From contig NC_087437.1 in assembly GCF_036321535.1 (NCBI RefSeq), forward strand, positions 56,298,001 to 56,362,000: DNA of 64,000 nucleotides, given 5' to 3'. Below are positions 13,728 through 27,408 of the stretch, piece after piece. The notes beneath the pieces are model-generated. The model had not been told where the DNA came from. It saw only the letters and a program-made list of their open reading frames with translations, and ran no database searches. Numbering within the stretch: position 1 is the first letter of the stretch; the number at the start of each line of letters is the position of its first letter. Source of the DNA: Camelus dromedarius. Taxonomy: Eukaryota. A program made the position numbers and the translations under genes.

Positions 13728-14569
13728 CTGGAAAGAGAAAGGTAGAGACTTATGATTATTCAGTCAGCATAAAACAGAAGCACATGAACTGTCTAATAAA
13801 ATCTGGCATTTCTTGGATCACTGAAGCAACAGAAAATTATTTGTACCCTTGAGAAAAAAATTACAAACTATCTCACTCTCTGCAGTGATAGTTTAGCCAC
13901 CATAGCAAGAAAATTTGCTCTCATGAACCGATTAGATCATCATTGACTAACCCATCAAGAAGCATTTACAATTTAACAGCTGAAACTAGAAGAAATATCC
14001 CTTTTGGTAGATCAGAAGACAAGATTCCTGTAAACACTAATGGCATTTAACTAATGCTCCCATCATGAGAAATGCAAGTCTCACTAGAAACATTCAAATA
14101 CTACATCTGAACTTTATTATTTTATATTTATGCTCTGTAGACTGCAGCTAATGCAGTTAATTAATTTCAACACTTCTCTACGACGAATAGTAAAAATATC
14201 AAGTTGTGAAAAGCTTACGATTGAAGTATACACATACATTAAACAAAAGGCATTCTCAAATCTTAAGTTTTGAAATCAAAGGTCTTGACTTTAGATTATA
14301 CACTGTAAGCCACTGAATATCGAAATCAAGCTTTTTCTTCCTCAAATTGATCACACTTAGTTCAATAGTTCCTTTGGAAATCTCCTGTTAGTATTGGCTT
14401 GAAAGAATGATTTTGAGTCACACAGGAAATCAATAGTAATATTTTACAGCCATTAATCTACTATATGTTTTCCTTTTTTTCACATGGGTCTTTATCTTTC
14501 TGGGAATATTTTGACTGTTTCTTGCCAAAACAATAATAACACCCATAAATTCATGTTTAAAGAAGAAAC

Positions 14570-14782
14570 TAGGTCCTTAAACTAAATCTGGCCCTTTGAC
14601 TGTTTTTGTGTATTAAATTTAACTGTAACGCAGTCACGCCCGTTCATTTACTATTGTCTCTGGCTGCTTTTTGTACTATAATTGCAGAGGTGAGTAGTCC
14701 CCACAACGATCATACACCTGCAAAGACAAACATATTTCTTATCTTGCCCTATTTTAATAGAAAAAGTTCACTAACCTCTTGC
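14570..14782. mobile_element. MER58-like hAT MITE in TMEM207 intron 4
   Basis: cacgcccgttcatttactattgtctctggctgctttt ... gaaaaagttcactaacctctt. Confidence 0.7.
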
Positions 14783-15185
14783 TTAAGGGATTAAGATTTG
14801 ATACCATCAAGGAGATTCCAAAGAACGTGCCACAACTATCAAAACAATTCCAAGAGTATTTATATATTAGGCAATAGCTGTATTGCTGGAATTCATATAG
14901 AGATTACTCAAAATTATTACTTTGGAGTAGGAAATATTTATTTAGGATCATGGACTTCTATATATTCATATTTGTTTTATTTTGTATCTCACTAGTTCAC
15001 AGGACAAAATATAATAATAGGGATAGAGCTAAATTTAGAATACAAATCTCACTTCCTGGTTCAACACTTTTCTTAAGGGGTTATTTATTTAACTGAATAA
15101 TCTACTCCTAGGTGATTACACAATTTTTTTATACCTCAGTTTGCTCTTGTGCAATAAAAAGGATAGTAATAGTACCTACATCCAT

Positions 15186-15255
15186 AAAGCAAGGCTAAAT
15201 GAATGTAAGGTACTGAAAACAAAGCAAGGCTAAATGAATGTAAGGTGCTGAAAAC
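15186..15255. repeat. 35-bp tandem duplication (2 copies, 1 mismatch)
   Basis: aaagcaaggctaaatgaatgtaaggtRctgaaaac occurs twice in tandem. Confidence 0.95.
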
Positions 15256-18200
15256 AAAATTATGGCACACAATAGTTACCCACTATAGTGGATTATCAAT
15301 ATTATTAGTAGTGACATTAGTATTAGCATCATTATTATGTATCATGAAGGTACTATGCTAGGACTATGCATGCATTTTCTTGCATGTACAGTATTATTTC
15401 TCAAACTATCCTATTTTAATGCTTCAGTAAGGATTTAAACATTATCATTATTAATGATACTGCACAGAGATTACTGAATGAAAAGTTTCTTGAAGTTAGA
15501 GCCTTGTACAGTTAGAAAAGTTATGATGACATGGGCCAACCTGGAGGGACTTGATTAAACAGAGTCATATCAGCCAAGGGGACTTGTCTCAGTACTTCCC
15601 TCCCTTGTGGATACTGTTAGTGAGCACTGCCCATTTTCCAGGTGAACTGCCCCGGGTGCACTAACACAAAGTCAGAGGTAACTCGGCTATCATTCTACTT
15701 GGAGTGGTCCACCAGGTTGACGTGACACAATTATTAGCTCAAATTTATTTCCACCATTGCCATTAGTAACACCGTGCTCCAGGCCACATGGTACTGACAC
15801 ATGCTCTTTGCGGTAGGAAAGTTTTATTGTTATCTCCTGCCTACAAATTCGCTCATTGCTCTTAAGCTTGTTATGAAGCCCACAGGCACTCATTTGAGAA
15901 AGAGAACTAAGCTCAGAAAGCTTTTGTAAAATCAAACATATGTCACCTTTCAATTGTTTTCAAGGCATGTTTACGTCCAATATCATGTAACTGGGAGGGG
16001 AACGGGCATTATTTTGGTCTTTTGACAGATTAAGAACCTGAGAGAACTCAGTTAAATACAGCTACACCAAGCTTGTGGTTTTGACAGAACTGTTGGTGAA
16101 GTTATTATAGTGTGTCGTTTAATTCTGTAAAACAAATACACTTACTGCTGAGCGTTTATAGTCAGCATTCAGATCCCCCAGGTCATGAAGAATCACTCCA
16201 GTGGACTTGGCCCTTTTACCCTCCTTCTGCTCTTTTCCCTTCTCTATCGCATTCTCTCTTTCTCTTATGTGGGGGTGGCTTAGACTGCCTGAATTTGAGT
16301 CACCATTCTACCACCTACTCTGTTGCTCAATCTCTGTGTGCCTTTGTTCCCTTACCTTTAATGCTCAGAATGATACTGAGCCCCTCATGGAGTTGTAGGG
16401 AAGAATAAATGAGATTAGAGATGTCAAGTGTTAGCACAGAGCGCGACGCATGGGAAACACTCAACCCATGTGAGCCGTTATTGTTATCATGCCCTTCCAT
16501 GACCGTGTGTGAAGGAAATACTCCCTCATTCCCTTTCCTCAAATGCGTCCCAGCATATTTACATGTAAGACATGAAGCATGGGAAAATGAAGTTTCCAAA
16601 AGGATGCTGAAATGAGACAGGATCCTGGGAAAGGGGAGGGGAGATGGGAGCAGAGAATGTAAAGGTCAGCATCTAGTCTGTCTCTGTCTAGTCCTCCTGC
16701 CCCTCCCCAAGTCAGAGCACTCCCATTTAATCATTGCTGGAAGACTAGTATTTCCATTTGCCCTGAAATAAGAAAAAGGTAAGATTATTTCTGAAATTGC
16801 AGAAGAAATGGGGTCAGGGAGATTGGATAGTTGAAAGGCAGCATTATCAGGGAGACCAGCCGGAGAAGAAGCTAAACCCAGATGAGAGTCCCAGGAGGGT
16901 GTCTCTGCAGTTCCCACCTCACCGTCCTCTCAGGAATGGCATGGCACCTGCGCGCCGCCTTGTCAGAGACCCAGCTCTGATCCACGTGAGGTAGAATGGG
17001 AAGGATTCAATGTCGATTTTATAACAGCTTAGTATATTTTGTTTAAAAATATAAGCAGATAATGGTAGGAATCCCTCGTCTAAGCTCTTAAATTCTCTTT
17101 TCTAGTGAACACTAGGTTGTTTTTCTGCTTCAGCCCTTCTTTCTTCTCTCACCTCCCAAACACCAAACTTTCCTCTTTATTATCTTTAAACCTTTTACTT
17201 CTTCATAAATAAGAGCTTTTATTCAGCTTCACAATCTTTTTTCCAATGAAAACCTATCTTCATCCATATTTTCAGTGAATTTGGAAAAAACTTGTTTTTA
17301 ATAAACTTTAAAACTCCATTGTCACTACTTATTTTTAATGCAAATTTAAAAAAAAATAAAGCCATTAACCTAACAAATCTCAAACTGTTTAATTTTTATT
17401 TTGAACAACTTTATTGTGGTATGGTTCCTGTACAGTAAACTTGTTTTATTTTTTAAAAATCACTCGTATTTTCTACCTATTCAGCCTGTAATAGTCCCAT
17501 GGGGGTATCAGAGGGATGAATTCTCCTTTTTCTGAGGCATAAAGAGCTTCATCATAACATGTTATGATATGGAGACTTAGATCCTATAAAGAGGAAATGT
17601 CCTATCTTCCCCTTTGTGCCCAAGGGGTGGCAGGGAGTCCAGAAACTCTATTTCACATCCTCCTTTGTCACTAGTATTTTTCAAAGGAGCTCCCATTTTC
17701 CTCTCCTGATTCTGTACAGTGGCTGAAAGAAAGACTCAGAAGTGCAACCCCCCATAACCTGCAGGGTGGACGGATGAACCCGGACTTTGCAGGCTGTGGA
17801 GGTAGAAGCTGTGGTTTTGACCCTTACCTCTCTCCGCAGCCATAAAAAGATCCCACAGTAGTTCCTTCCTTTTGGAGAGTACCTCCTTTATGAAAATATT
17901 AAGTAGGGAGGATCATTCGTCTGGAGAAGGGAAGGTGTAACGAAAATCCAGTGGGAAAAGGAAATTCAGTGTGGGTCTGAATCATTGGTTCCCTGGCGTT
18001 TACTTCCAGGAATTACTAGTTAAGAAAGGTAACCAGAGATCATAGAGAGTACCACTTCCTAAATTACTCTTCCGTGTTTTATTTTGGAGAGGAGAAGCAG
18101 GAATGGCAAGAGGCACAACTCTGGGAGCCACACCTACATCAAAGATGACGTGAATAGCTGTTCACTGTCTGCTGTCTGGACAGCCACCCTGAGCACCTGT

Positions 18201-20492
18201 AGGACAGAATGGGAGGTGGGCAGGCAATGGAATTACCTAACACGTGACCCAGCGTAGGTGAGGATAAAAATCAAGGGGAAGTGGCAACTGAGCTGGCGGT
18301 CTCTAAGATGGACATCAACAGAAGTGATCTTCATATAGAGTTTGAGCTAGGAATGTTCCTGGAGCAAAATAAAAGTCAGAGCTGTGCTGGTGGGATTAGG
18401 AAGGAAAGGATAGCATGAGAAAGGAAATGAGGGGAGGAATGAGGATTCTGGAGTGCAGTCCCTACCACTGAGGAATCACCCAATGGAAATGTCTGGAGGT
18501 TTAGGATACAAGGCTGTACTTAGCGTCCAGGGATGAGGTGGCTAAGTCATGTGTGTGCCTTGACTGAATTTTCATTGTTCCCTACCCTCAATTCTGGGCA
18601 ATTTGTAGTCTATTAGTTGACCTGCAGCAAAGACTTAAGGGGTATATTTACCCGGTAGAATGAGAACAGTATATAACTTCCTCTAAGGGAAGTAACAGTC
18701 ACTTTTCTGAATTGGTATTTAGGAATTAGAGACAATATCTGAGAAGCTTCTGACCTACTGCCTAGTACTTGGTAGATGTGAATTGAATTATAACTATATA
18801 TATATATGAAATATATATATAAAAGTTTCTCCCCATGTGTTGTCTTTTCCTGCCCATAATGACTCCGGGGTAACGTAGGGGATGTGATTCTAATGCCCTT
18901 CACTCAGTGCTTTTACATGTAGATTATTGAAGTACTATCTCAGTTTTGACCCCCTTTTTTCACACTCACACCTGTTCAGCAAAGTTCAGACGAATTCAAA
19001 AGCATTTATGTAAACCACCGCCCAGGAAATACTCAAAACATTAGATAAATGGGGATTTAACTGTGGCACATTAATTGCCTTAAAAGTTAGAATAATGTTA
19101 CTAGTTAGCTTATTTACCTAAAAGTAAATACACAAATTTTCTAAGATTTGAGGTCGTCTAGTTTAAAAAAAAGTCTTCCTCAGAGTGAGAGATGGGCTAG
19201 GAAGACTGGTGTGGATTCTTCTCTTTAGAAACTCAAGTTCAGTTGGAAGAAACAAAATTGCATTTATTATTAAATACTTCTTGTTAAATAAAGAAAAACA
19301 GACCAATATGACTATGGTGAGCCCTTTGACTAACATATTTTGTTAGAAGGTCAGTCAGCCTATTTCCCTGTACACGCAATGGAAAGTGTTTTTGATTTTA
19401 GGAGAAAAAGCTATTTTTATTGGAGAATTTAATTATCCTTCTCAAAATAACCATTTCTGAAATTGATAATGTGTTTCCCTTGTTCAATAATAATTTTAAA
19501 AAGCCAATAAGGAATATAATCACTAAATCTTAGTACTTAATTTTGATCCTAATACATTTTAGTTTATTTTTACCCTACTTCTTATTTAGCTGTTAGTATT
19601 TCCAGGATATATCCTGATCTATCTGTTGAAAATCTTATGCTGATCCAAGTCTCTGAAGGGCAGCTGTTAATCTCTACCAAGTACTCTTGAGGGGACTGTG
19701 GTTTACAACCCAGTGCCTTAGAGGAAAAGTCTTACAGTAAATGGTCTCTGGATAAGGGCACTGCTTAACACAAAGAAATAAACTATCAATTATCACCTCC
19801 CAGAAATCAATAAATGATCATTCTTCTACTCACAGCTGAGGCTGGCAATTACAAATAATTCAAGATCACGATTTCCTCCATTTCTTACCTCTTAATGCAG
19901 ACTGGAAAATAATAGGAAAGGCATGGTTTGGGGGATGGGGGTTGGGAGCAGGTAGAATCAGGATGCTGCCAAAGTGTCTCGGGAGAAAGGACATGAGTAC
20001 TGATACCCTCCTGCCCGATCCCCAGTATTTCAGGCTCTGCACTGGCAGCGGACAATCGGGAAAGTGTTGTCCAATATTACTTCAGGTAAGTGAAACATGG
20101 ACAGCTTGGTAAATGAGACTATGAACACAGGGTAGGTTAGACAGATATCAAAAGCCTAAAGATGCTCTTTTGTACCTTAAATCTTACCATTCACTTGGAG
20201 TGGCCAGCCCTGTGTATCTCTTCCCCTCTGTTATTGACTGAGCAACATGTTTAGGTTGTATCCCCACACTCAACTATGAGTCATTTCCCCAGGACACCTT
20301 TTCTTCTTTTGGGGTCTTCTGTCTTCTGAAGTTTTCTCACGTAGACTTTCTTCCTAATGAATGCCTTTGAGTCTTTAATAAACTATGTCTTAGTTTATGT
20401 TCACACATCTGCTTTTCATAGGTTAGCTTTTCAGTTCACCCAAAACTATAAGGTTTCCAAAGAGGACGTCCAGAAATGTGCAGACAGCTTAC

Positions 20493-20635
20493 CGTTAACA
20501 GGGTCCAAGTCTCCAACAGCAAAAACAGCCATGGTGCGTCTTGCGGAACCATTTTGGGGTGGCCTCAGCCAGCACTGGAGGCAGAAGAACACTATTCCAC
20601 AGAGAAGGGTGACCAGGAAAACCAGCAGCAAGAAC
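20493..20635 (-). CDS. TMEM207: TMEM207 coding exon 4 (143 nt): transmembrane helix FLLLVFLVTLLCGIVFFCLQCWL followed by RPPQNGSARRTMAVFAVGDLDPVN(G)
   Basis: Lies within supplied ORF 20446..20688(-). Pyrimidine tract plus catcag acceptor, GTAAGC donor. CLQCWLR and RRTMAVFAVGDLD are characteristic of TMEM207. Confidence 0.97.
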
Positions 20636-21449
20636 CTGATGCCAGAAGAAGCAGGGGAGGAGTGAGGTGGAGCATGCTGGAAAGTCAAGAGCTCATGCTA
20701 CTTCCTGGAAAGGGCAAAAAGTCAGCAAGACTGGCTAAAAGCAGCCTGGGAGGTCGAATTCCTTAAGCAATCCCCCGCCACTACTCATACATTTTCACTG
20801 ACTCTGGAATGTTCACTGGGCTCGGAGTGGGTCAATCTTGCCAGGCAATCTTCTTTCCTCTTTAGAAATTGAAGAGTTGTTCAAAGGAGCAGCAGCTCAG
20901 TTCCTTAACTCATTTATCCATTATTCCTTTCATTCAGCCTTCTATTCATTCATTCAGCTAGTATTTAAGTGACTAAATAGATTTAAATGTTGGACTGGGG
21001 ATTTGAAGGTTGACAAGACAGGGTCTCTGTCTTTGAGGAGTTAACCATCTAATTGAGAATGTTTAGTTTGCAAAATACAGAAGCCAAGATTTAAGAGGTT
21101 ATGACAACTTTTTTCTTTGTGTTAATTTGAATGGCTTTTAAGGCCAGAACTTAAACCAGTGGAGGAGTTGTTTTGGGAGATTTCAAGAAAAAGTACAGTT
21201 ATTTTACCTTCAAAAATCTCTGACTTGGGAATTAACTATTATTCTTAAAAACAGTAAGTTCCCTGTCCAGGAAGTGTTTAAGTAAACACTGGCCAACCAT
21301 CTGAAAGTGATGATTTTACGTATATTGATACACATGATCCCTAAAAATTTCTTCAGCTGTATCATTTCATATGCTACCTCAATTGTTTAGGGAAAAGTGT
21401 GTGTCTGTACCACCAAAAGTTTTATAGCACAAACTGAGGATGTCCTTAC

Positions 21450-21494
21450 CAGATATACCAGCCATTTGCGTATTGATCTTTGTAGCTTGTGCAC
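21450..21494 (-). CDS. TMEM207: TMEM207 coding exon 3 (45 nt), (M)CTSYKDQYANGWYI(W)
   Basis: caacag acceptor and GTAAGG donor; phase 2 to phase 2; carries the NGWYIW juxtamembrane motif. Confidence 0.95.
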
Positions 21495-23219
21495 CTGTTG
21501 ATAAAGGAAGCATAGTTAGTGCTGGACCTCTGGATGGACAAGGCCTTTTCTTCAGGACCGTAATATTTGTTCTGACCACACTAGTTTCCCCGTCACCTAC
21601 TCACTGCATCCCCTCAAGACAATTAAGCAAATATTTACTGTGTGTCTACTTCATTCAAGGTACCGAGAATACAGGTAAATGTGAAAATGTCAGATACATA
21701 AACAGACAATTGTACCATAATAGATTTGATTCTAGAGTTATGAATACTGTTGTGCATTGAGAAGGTAGTGACTAACTTTTCAGGGCTAATATGTCATAGA
21801 TATTATATATTAGGCAGGTAACCATCCCAGAATTCTGTTTATGCAATCTCTCAAGGGAAAGTTCATAATCTCTATTACCTGTTATTACCGTGGTAAGGAA
21901 GAGAAGGGCCGTAACCTGGTTGGAAAAATAAATTAAAATAAAAGGAAAATGAGCGTGTGTGGTCACACGTATCATTCACCAAGGAGTTAGAAGTTGATCT
22001 TCCATTAGGGTGGCCAAACCATTTGTGTATCTAAGCACAACTCAATCATTCCTGAGTTTGGTTTAAAAAGATGACACAGAAAATTCACAGTGTAATTTTC
22101 AGGAGATTTAACTATCCAAGGGTAGAAATTTAAGTGCTATTCACTCCAGAGCCTCTTCACTATGACAGACACATGCACTAAGTGTACATTTGCAGATGCA
22201 CTTTTCCCACACCTTGGTGTATGGGCTGCCAATAAGGTATACTGGTATTAAGCAGTGGAAAACTGTTTATCACAGCCTGACAAGGTTTTGAGATGGGGCT
22301 GTACTTAATCATGTCTTCTTCAGCCATTGTTAAAATAACACTCAGTACTTTTCAGCTTGAAAGCATTCATAAATGTCAACTAATTTATTGCTCCCAGCAT
22401 CTCTAAGGAGGCAGTGTGTCATGTTTATCATTATACTAGTCAGAAGTGACTTTTTAACATATGTGAAGTGTCAACTTAAAAATTTTACCTCAAACGCTAA
22501 AGACAAAATTCAATCACCCAGACTACAAGCTTTTTGTGTGTGTATGCTTGGGTTTTTTTGCTTTTACTATGCACCTAGAGGGTTTAGCTAAGTACATAAG
22601 CACAAATAAATGCCAGGGGGGAAATGGCAGCTGAAGGATGAGTTTAAAAGTATCCTAAGACAAATGATTATTAATAAAGGATTTGCAAAGTAATTAATGG
22701 CAAACTTTTATAAAGAAATATTTTATTCATGAATCAAAGAGAAGATAGGTTTATATTTACAATTAAAGCCTTGCTAAGTAAAATAATACAGAGAGGTCAA
22801 TTCTACTTCATATATTTTCTTTTACACAAATACAAGTTCACCAAATAGATGTTATATAGTTAGTATGTATTCGCATGCACCAAATTACTAGCAATGCTTG
22901 CTTCTCTTGAAGATGGCATTCTGAGGCTTTTTATCTTTTCAATATTTCGATATTGTTTGAGTTTTTATAATGTGCATGTATTACTTTTGTAGTCATAAGA
23001 TTTTTAAATAGTATATTAAAAATATAAAAAATCTTTAAAATGTAGTATCCCACTTTAAAGATGGATGTAGGGAAATTCTCTTGATGTCCTGGCTTAATAA
23101 AAGAGTGGAAGGGTCTTATTTTTGAATCTTGAAATCTAAGCTCATGAGCAGAAGTGTGGATTGCTTCATCTTCCTCCATATGCAAATCTCTGCCTCTCTT
23201 CTTTATATTTAAAAATGGA

Positions 23220-23331
23220 GGGGAGGGAATAATGGTAGAGCACGTGCTTAGTATGCACGAGGTCCTGGGTTCAATCCCCAGCACCTTCATTAAAATAAAT
23301 AAATAAGCCTAATTACCTCCTCCCCAAAATA
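23220..23331 (+). mobile_element. tRNA-derived SINE (Vic-1-like) in TMEM207 intron 2, A box partly deleted
   Basis: B box GGTTCAATCC; tail cctaattacctcctcccc; aaaaatgga TSD (23211-23219 / 23332-23340). Confidence 0.88.
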
Positions 23332-26255
23332 AAAAATGGACCATATGCTTATTAAAATGCCCATTCTAAATACTAACTATCTCATTTTATTTGTTAGTTC
23401 TAATATTTGAGCCACTCAATATTTTTTCCCAGTGCTAACAACTACCCAAACTGATTTACTTCACTTTCTCTTTCTGACCTTCTGCACATACTGGTGAAGT
23501 TTCTGATATGAAGTAAGATGGGCAGGAAGCTGTTAGCTGGAGGAAAGCAAACAGATCATGTAATTTCACAGTTGCAGGCTCCTTTAGGATTACTTACTGG
23601 GATTATTTATTTCGCCCTTAGGATTTTACATACTGTACCAGTGAGACTCAGAGTGGGAAAGTAAGTGGGGAAAGTCACTAGCAGGCCAGAGGAATCAACC
23701 TAGAATACAGGTCTTCTGACTCTCTCTGCTTCCCTCTCTCTGCTTCCCTCGCCACCATTATTTCCATGTCTTTCTCAAGTTCAATTTTTAAATAGAAATT
23801 TTTCAAGTTCTTAAAAAGAATCAAAATAGTCTCTGAACAATAACAATATTCTAAATACTCAAATTGTAGATGAAAGATTTTCAGTGCAGAAAAAGGTACA
23901 TTTTAAAAATAAAGTTATTACTCAGAGATTTATACATTCATGGTCAAATTGGAATGAGAATGCCAAAGAGGAAAAAAAGCCTGAGAGAAGTGAGGATGGG
24001 CTATAACGTTTAAGGAAGACATTTCCAATAATGAGGGCTCTCTGGCAGTAGGCGCTGACGGGTATCACTTCTCTCCTTTCCGCAAAGACTAGTGCCCTAC
24101 TTGACTTGGATGCTGTGGGGATGACTTCTGCTCTACAAGGATGCTTAGACTAGTTGGTCTTTATTATTCTTCTCGGTACTGAGAGTCTGTGGATCTAAAA
24201 TTAACTATAAATTCATTAATTTGACAAATAGAAGAAAACTGCAGAGTCGTTTTTCCCCCCATTGGCTTCTTTACAAGAAATACACATAATTTCTTGTGCC
24301 AGGCATTCTTCTAAGTCAGTTGGATAACTTCATATGAACTAACTCACTTTCAAACTTAAAATGCTATAAAGTAAGTTAACACTATTATGATCCTCATTTT
24401 ACAATTGGGAAATTGCAGTCATAAAGAGGTTACATAACTTTCCCAAGACAACATAGCTGGAATTGACACAGGCAGGCTTTAAACTCAAATGGTTTGAGTT
24501 TAAAGAGTCCATGTCTCTTACCACCATGAAACACTGCAACTGGGAACAGTAGAAGTCAACCCTAGCCTCATATTACTGTATGGAGCGCTGCCTGAATGCA
24601 TTCAATATCCTGTGTTCCAAAATGCTTTAAGGAAATATTAAAAATACAAAAAAATATTAGAAATGAGAGCATGGAGAATATCAGACAAAGAGAACAAGCC
24701 AAGAGTGAGATCAGTTTGTAAACGGAATGTAGCAAATCCCATATATAAAATTAGAACTGGATTCCAGATCTGGCTTAAGCTTTCTAGCAATTAACAGGAT
24801 GAAAGAGAATTGGTTATATAGTGTCCTCTAAAATTAACAAAAACAGGCAGCATTACTCATCAGATGCACAGCTATTCCTGGTATAGAAATCAGAGACAAA
24901 TTCAAACTATGGGGCTTCATAAAGAGGGTGACTCTAACAACAGGAACAATGCTTCTCATAATACTCTTAGAATAAATGAATAACAAATTTCATGAGTCTG
25001 TTTCATAAAAATCACCCTTAAGATAGACCAGAGTGCAATTCAGCTACAATAATTTGGGGGCAGGGAGATGGGAGCCAAATCATATCACCCTGAGAGTGGT
25101 GGCCTGACCTAATTAAACTGGGCTGGGTCAACTGTATAGTATCTAGAAGAATGGATGGATTGTGCATCCCTCGGGTATTTCACCACGTGTAATATGTTTC
25201 TAAACATTGAACATAGAATATGGTTTTGTAGTAAGAATCCTGGGCTCAAGAGTCAGTCCTAGGTCCAAATCCAAGCTCTGCCTTTTGCTTGCATACTCGA
25301 GCAAAATACTTCACTTCCCCAAGCCAGGTAAGATAGTGGGCTATCATTGGCGATGTGTTAGTACAATTAATGGACAGGATCCTGTATATGTATGATCATA
25401 TTTATGTTTTGTAAATTAACCTATTTGTGTTCATACGTGCACATCAGTGTACTGGGGAGGGGAAAAGATTAGGGGTGTAATTATGCAGGCGAGGGGCTCT
25501 GTCATATTTTATTTCATCCACTAAATTACAGTATTTAAATTATATACAAGAAGTCTAGTAATGTATTTTTAATACTAAAGATGCTGTTAAAAATAGAGTA
25601 TGTTAGATTAGAAAAAAAATAGTCTAGGGTTTGAAAATAAATCTAAATAGAGCTAATAACAGAGCCCACAATCACCTTCTTGTGGCGGCAAAAAGTCTGA
25701 GATACTGTCTTCTGTATAGTTACTTACCTTACGCCAGATCCCTACAAAATCTGCCACTTTCTTGCCTTCTCTGTCTTTATTTCCCTCTAATTTGCATTTT
25801 AATTTAGGTGGTTTCTTGTTTTTACTCAAAAACAATGATATTAAATAATGATAAAATAACAGATATTTACACACAAAACAATACAGTCAAAAAGATCTAC
25901 CTAATACTAGGTTAAGTCCTGCAATTAATTTGTTAATATCTTGCTTTGGGTCTTAATTTTTTTCACCTGCATAAAAGGCCAGTAGCTTCAGTGACTCTAA
26001 AGTTAGCTTACAAAATTCCTCAATACCATATTCTCCTGTCATGTTGATTGGGGAGTTAAATTGAAAATGTATTATCCTTTCCAGTTATGAATTTCTTTAT
26101 TCTAGTATTCTGGGTCAAAGACGGAAGATGAAGGGACAAAATAAGGCAGTCACAAGGTCCACAGTTAGGTAAGAACACTAATAGCCAAAAGTCCATTATG
26201 TCACCAACACCAGAAGACAGAGACAAAAAGCAAGGTTAAAAGCAATGCCAAGAGG

Positions 26256-26455
26256 TGTGGAGGGAATAGCTCAGTGGTAAAGTGTGTGCTCAGCATGCTT
26301 GAGGTCCTGGGTTCAATCCTCAATACCTCCATTTAAATAAATAAATAAATAAACAAACAAACAAACAAGCAAAACTATCTCCCCCCATCATGAAAGAAAG
26401 AGAAAGAGAGAAAGAAAGAGAAAAAGGAAGGAAGGAAGGAAGGAAGGAAGAAAGG
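26256..26455 (+). mobile_element. tRNA-derived SINE (Vic-1-like) with (TAAA)n(CAAA)n and (GAAA)n(GGAA)n microsatellite tail
   Basis: A and B boxes present; same body as the other three copies. Confidence 0.85.
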
Positions 26456-27370
26456 CAGACCAGCCAGGGACCTTGAGACCTAAAACAACAAAATCAATGC
26501 AAAGAAATAGCAGGGGAGAGCCATGTGAAAGCTGAAGATCGGCACACATTTAATAAGCAGATGATCAATAATGGGATGATTCACTAGAAGCAGATGAAGG
26601 ATTCCAGGACCAAGGAAAGCACCCCACTCAGCATGGCCTTTTAATCTGGAGATGGCACCCGGAGACCCTGGCCTTGAGGGTAACAGCCAATGACCATTGA
26701 AAACTGCTAGCTGGCACTGAGGGCTACACCCAGAAGACAGTGCTTGGCAGAAGTGCTTTCTGACACTTGCACTAAGTCACAGTGCATTACAGTTACCATT
26801 AATCAGCAGCAGCATTATTAGTGACACCTTCTCCCCATCTCCTGAATAGAATTCTGAGAAGCTTTAAGCCTCCAGCACAAAAAGTGAGAAAATTGAATTA
26901 ACTATTCACATAACTTATATCAAAAGCACTTTGAAATGTACACATAAAACACATTAGATCTTTGTTAGTTTGCTTATATTTGAAATCGAATTACCCAGAA
27001 AACTGCTTCCCATCGTCCCTGTGACTAATGCATGTGGATGCGGTTACAGAGAACATCATGATTCTTTCAAGAAGTTAAAGGGCCCTTAAAATCTTAAAGG
27101 TGGAGGATGCAGTGAGCAAAAACACCTAGAAATTAACCAGGCCCTTTATTTATTTAACAAAGCTGATCATAATGAAAGTACATTTTTTCTGCTTTAAGAA
27201 AAATTGAGCCATTTGCATTTGAAAACAATTTACTTTTATTTTTTTCTTGCATGATTATAATGATCTTTGAAACTCATTTGGGGCTTCTCAAATGACTCAA
27301 GCCTTTTTTCATTTTCCGAATTGTGAAAATGCTGAATAAAATAATGTACAGCCTTGTGCTGTTTACTTAC

Positions 27371-27408
27371 ATTTCATTTTCTTCACATGGCAAGTCCGAT
27401 AGCACCAA
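27371..27408 (-). CDS. TMEM207: TMEM207 coding exon 2 (38 nt), LVLSDLPCEENE(M)
   Basis: tttcag acceptor and GTAAGT donor; phase 0 to phase 2; in frame with exon 1; matches the recalled LVLSDLPCEEDEM. Confidence 0.95.

Noticed and set aside
20357..20766. Plus-strand ORFs overlapping exon 4 and a CAG|GTAAGT donor near 20086
   Set aside because: Antisense shadows of a GC-richer coding exon. An isolated donor motif is expected by chance.
25653..25874. Possible extra TMEM207 exon with a strong AAG|GTAAGT donor at 25727
   Set aside because: No good polypyrimidine acceptor, and exons 2 and 3 already join in frame to give the expected protein.
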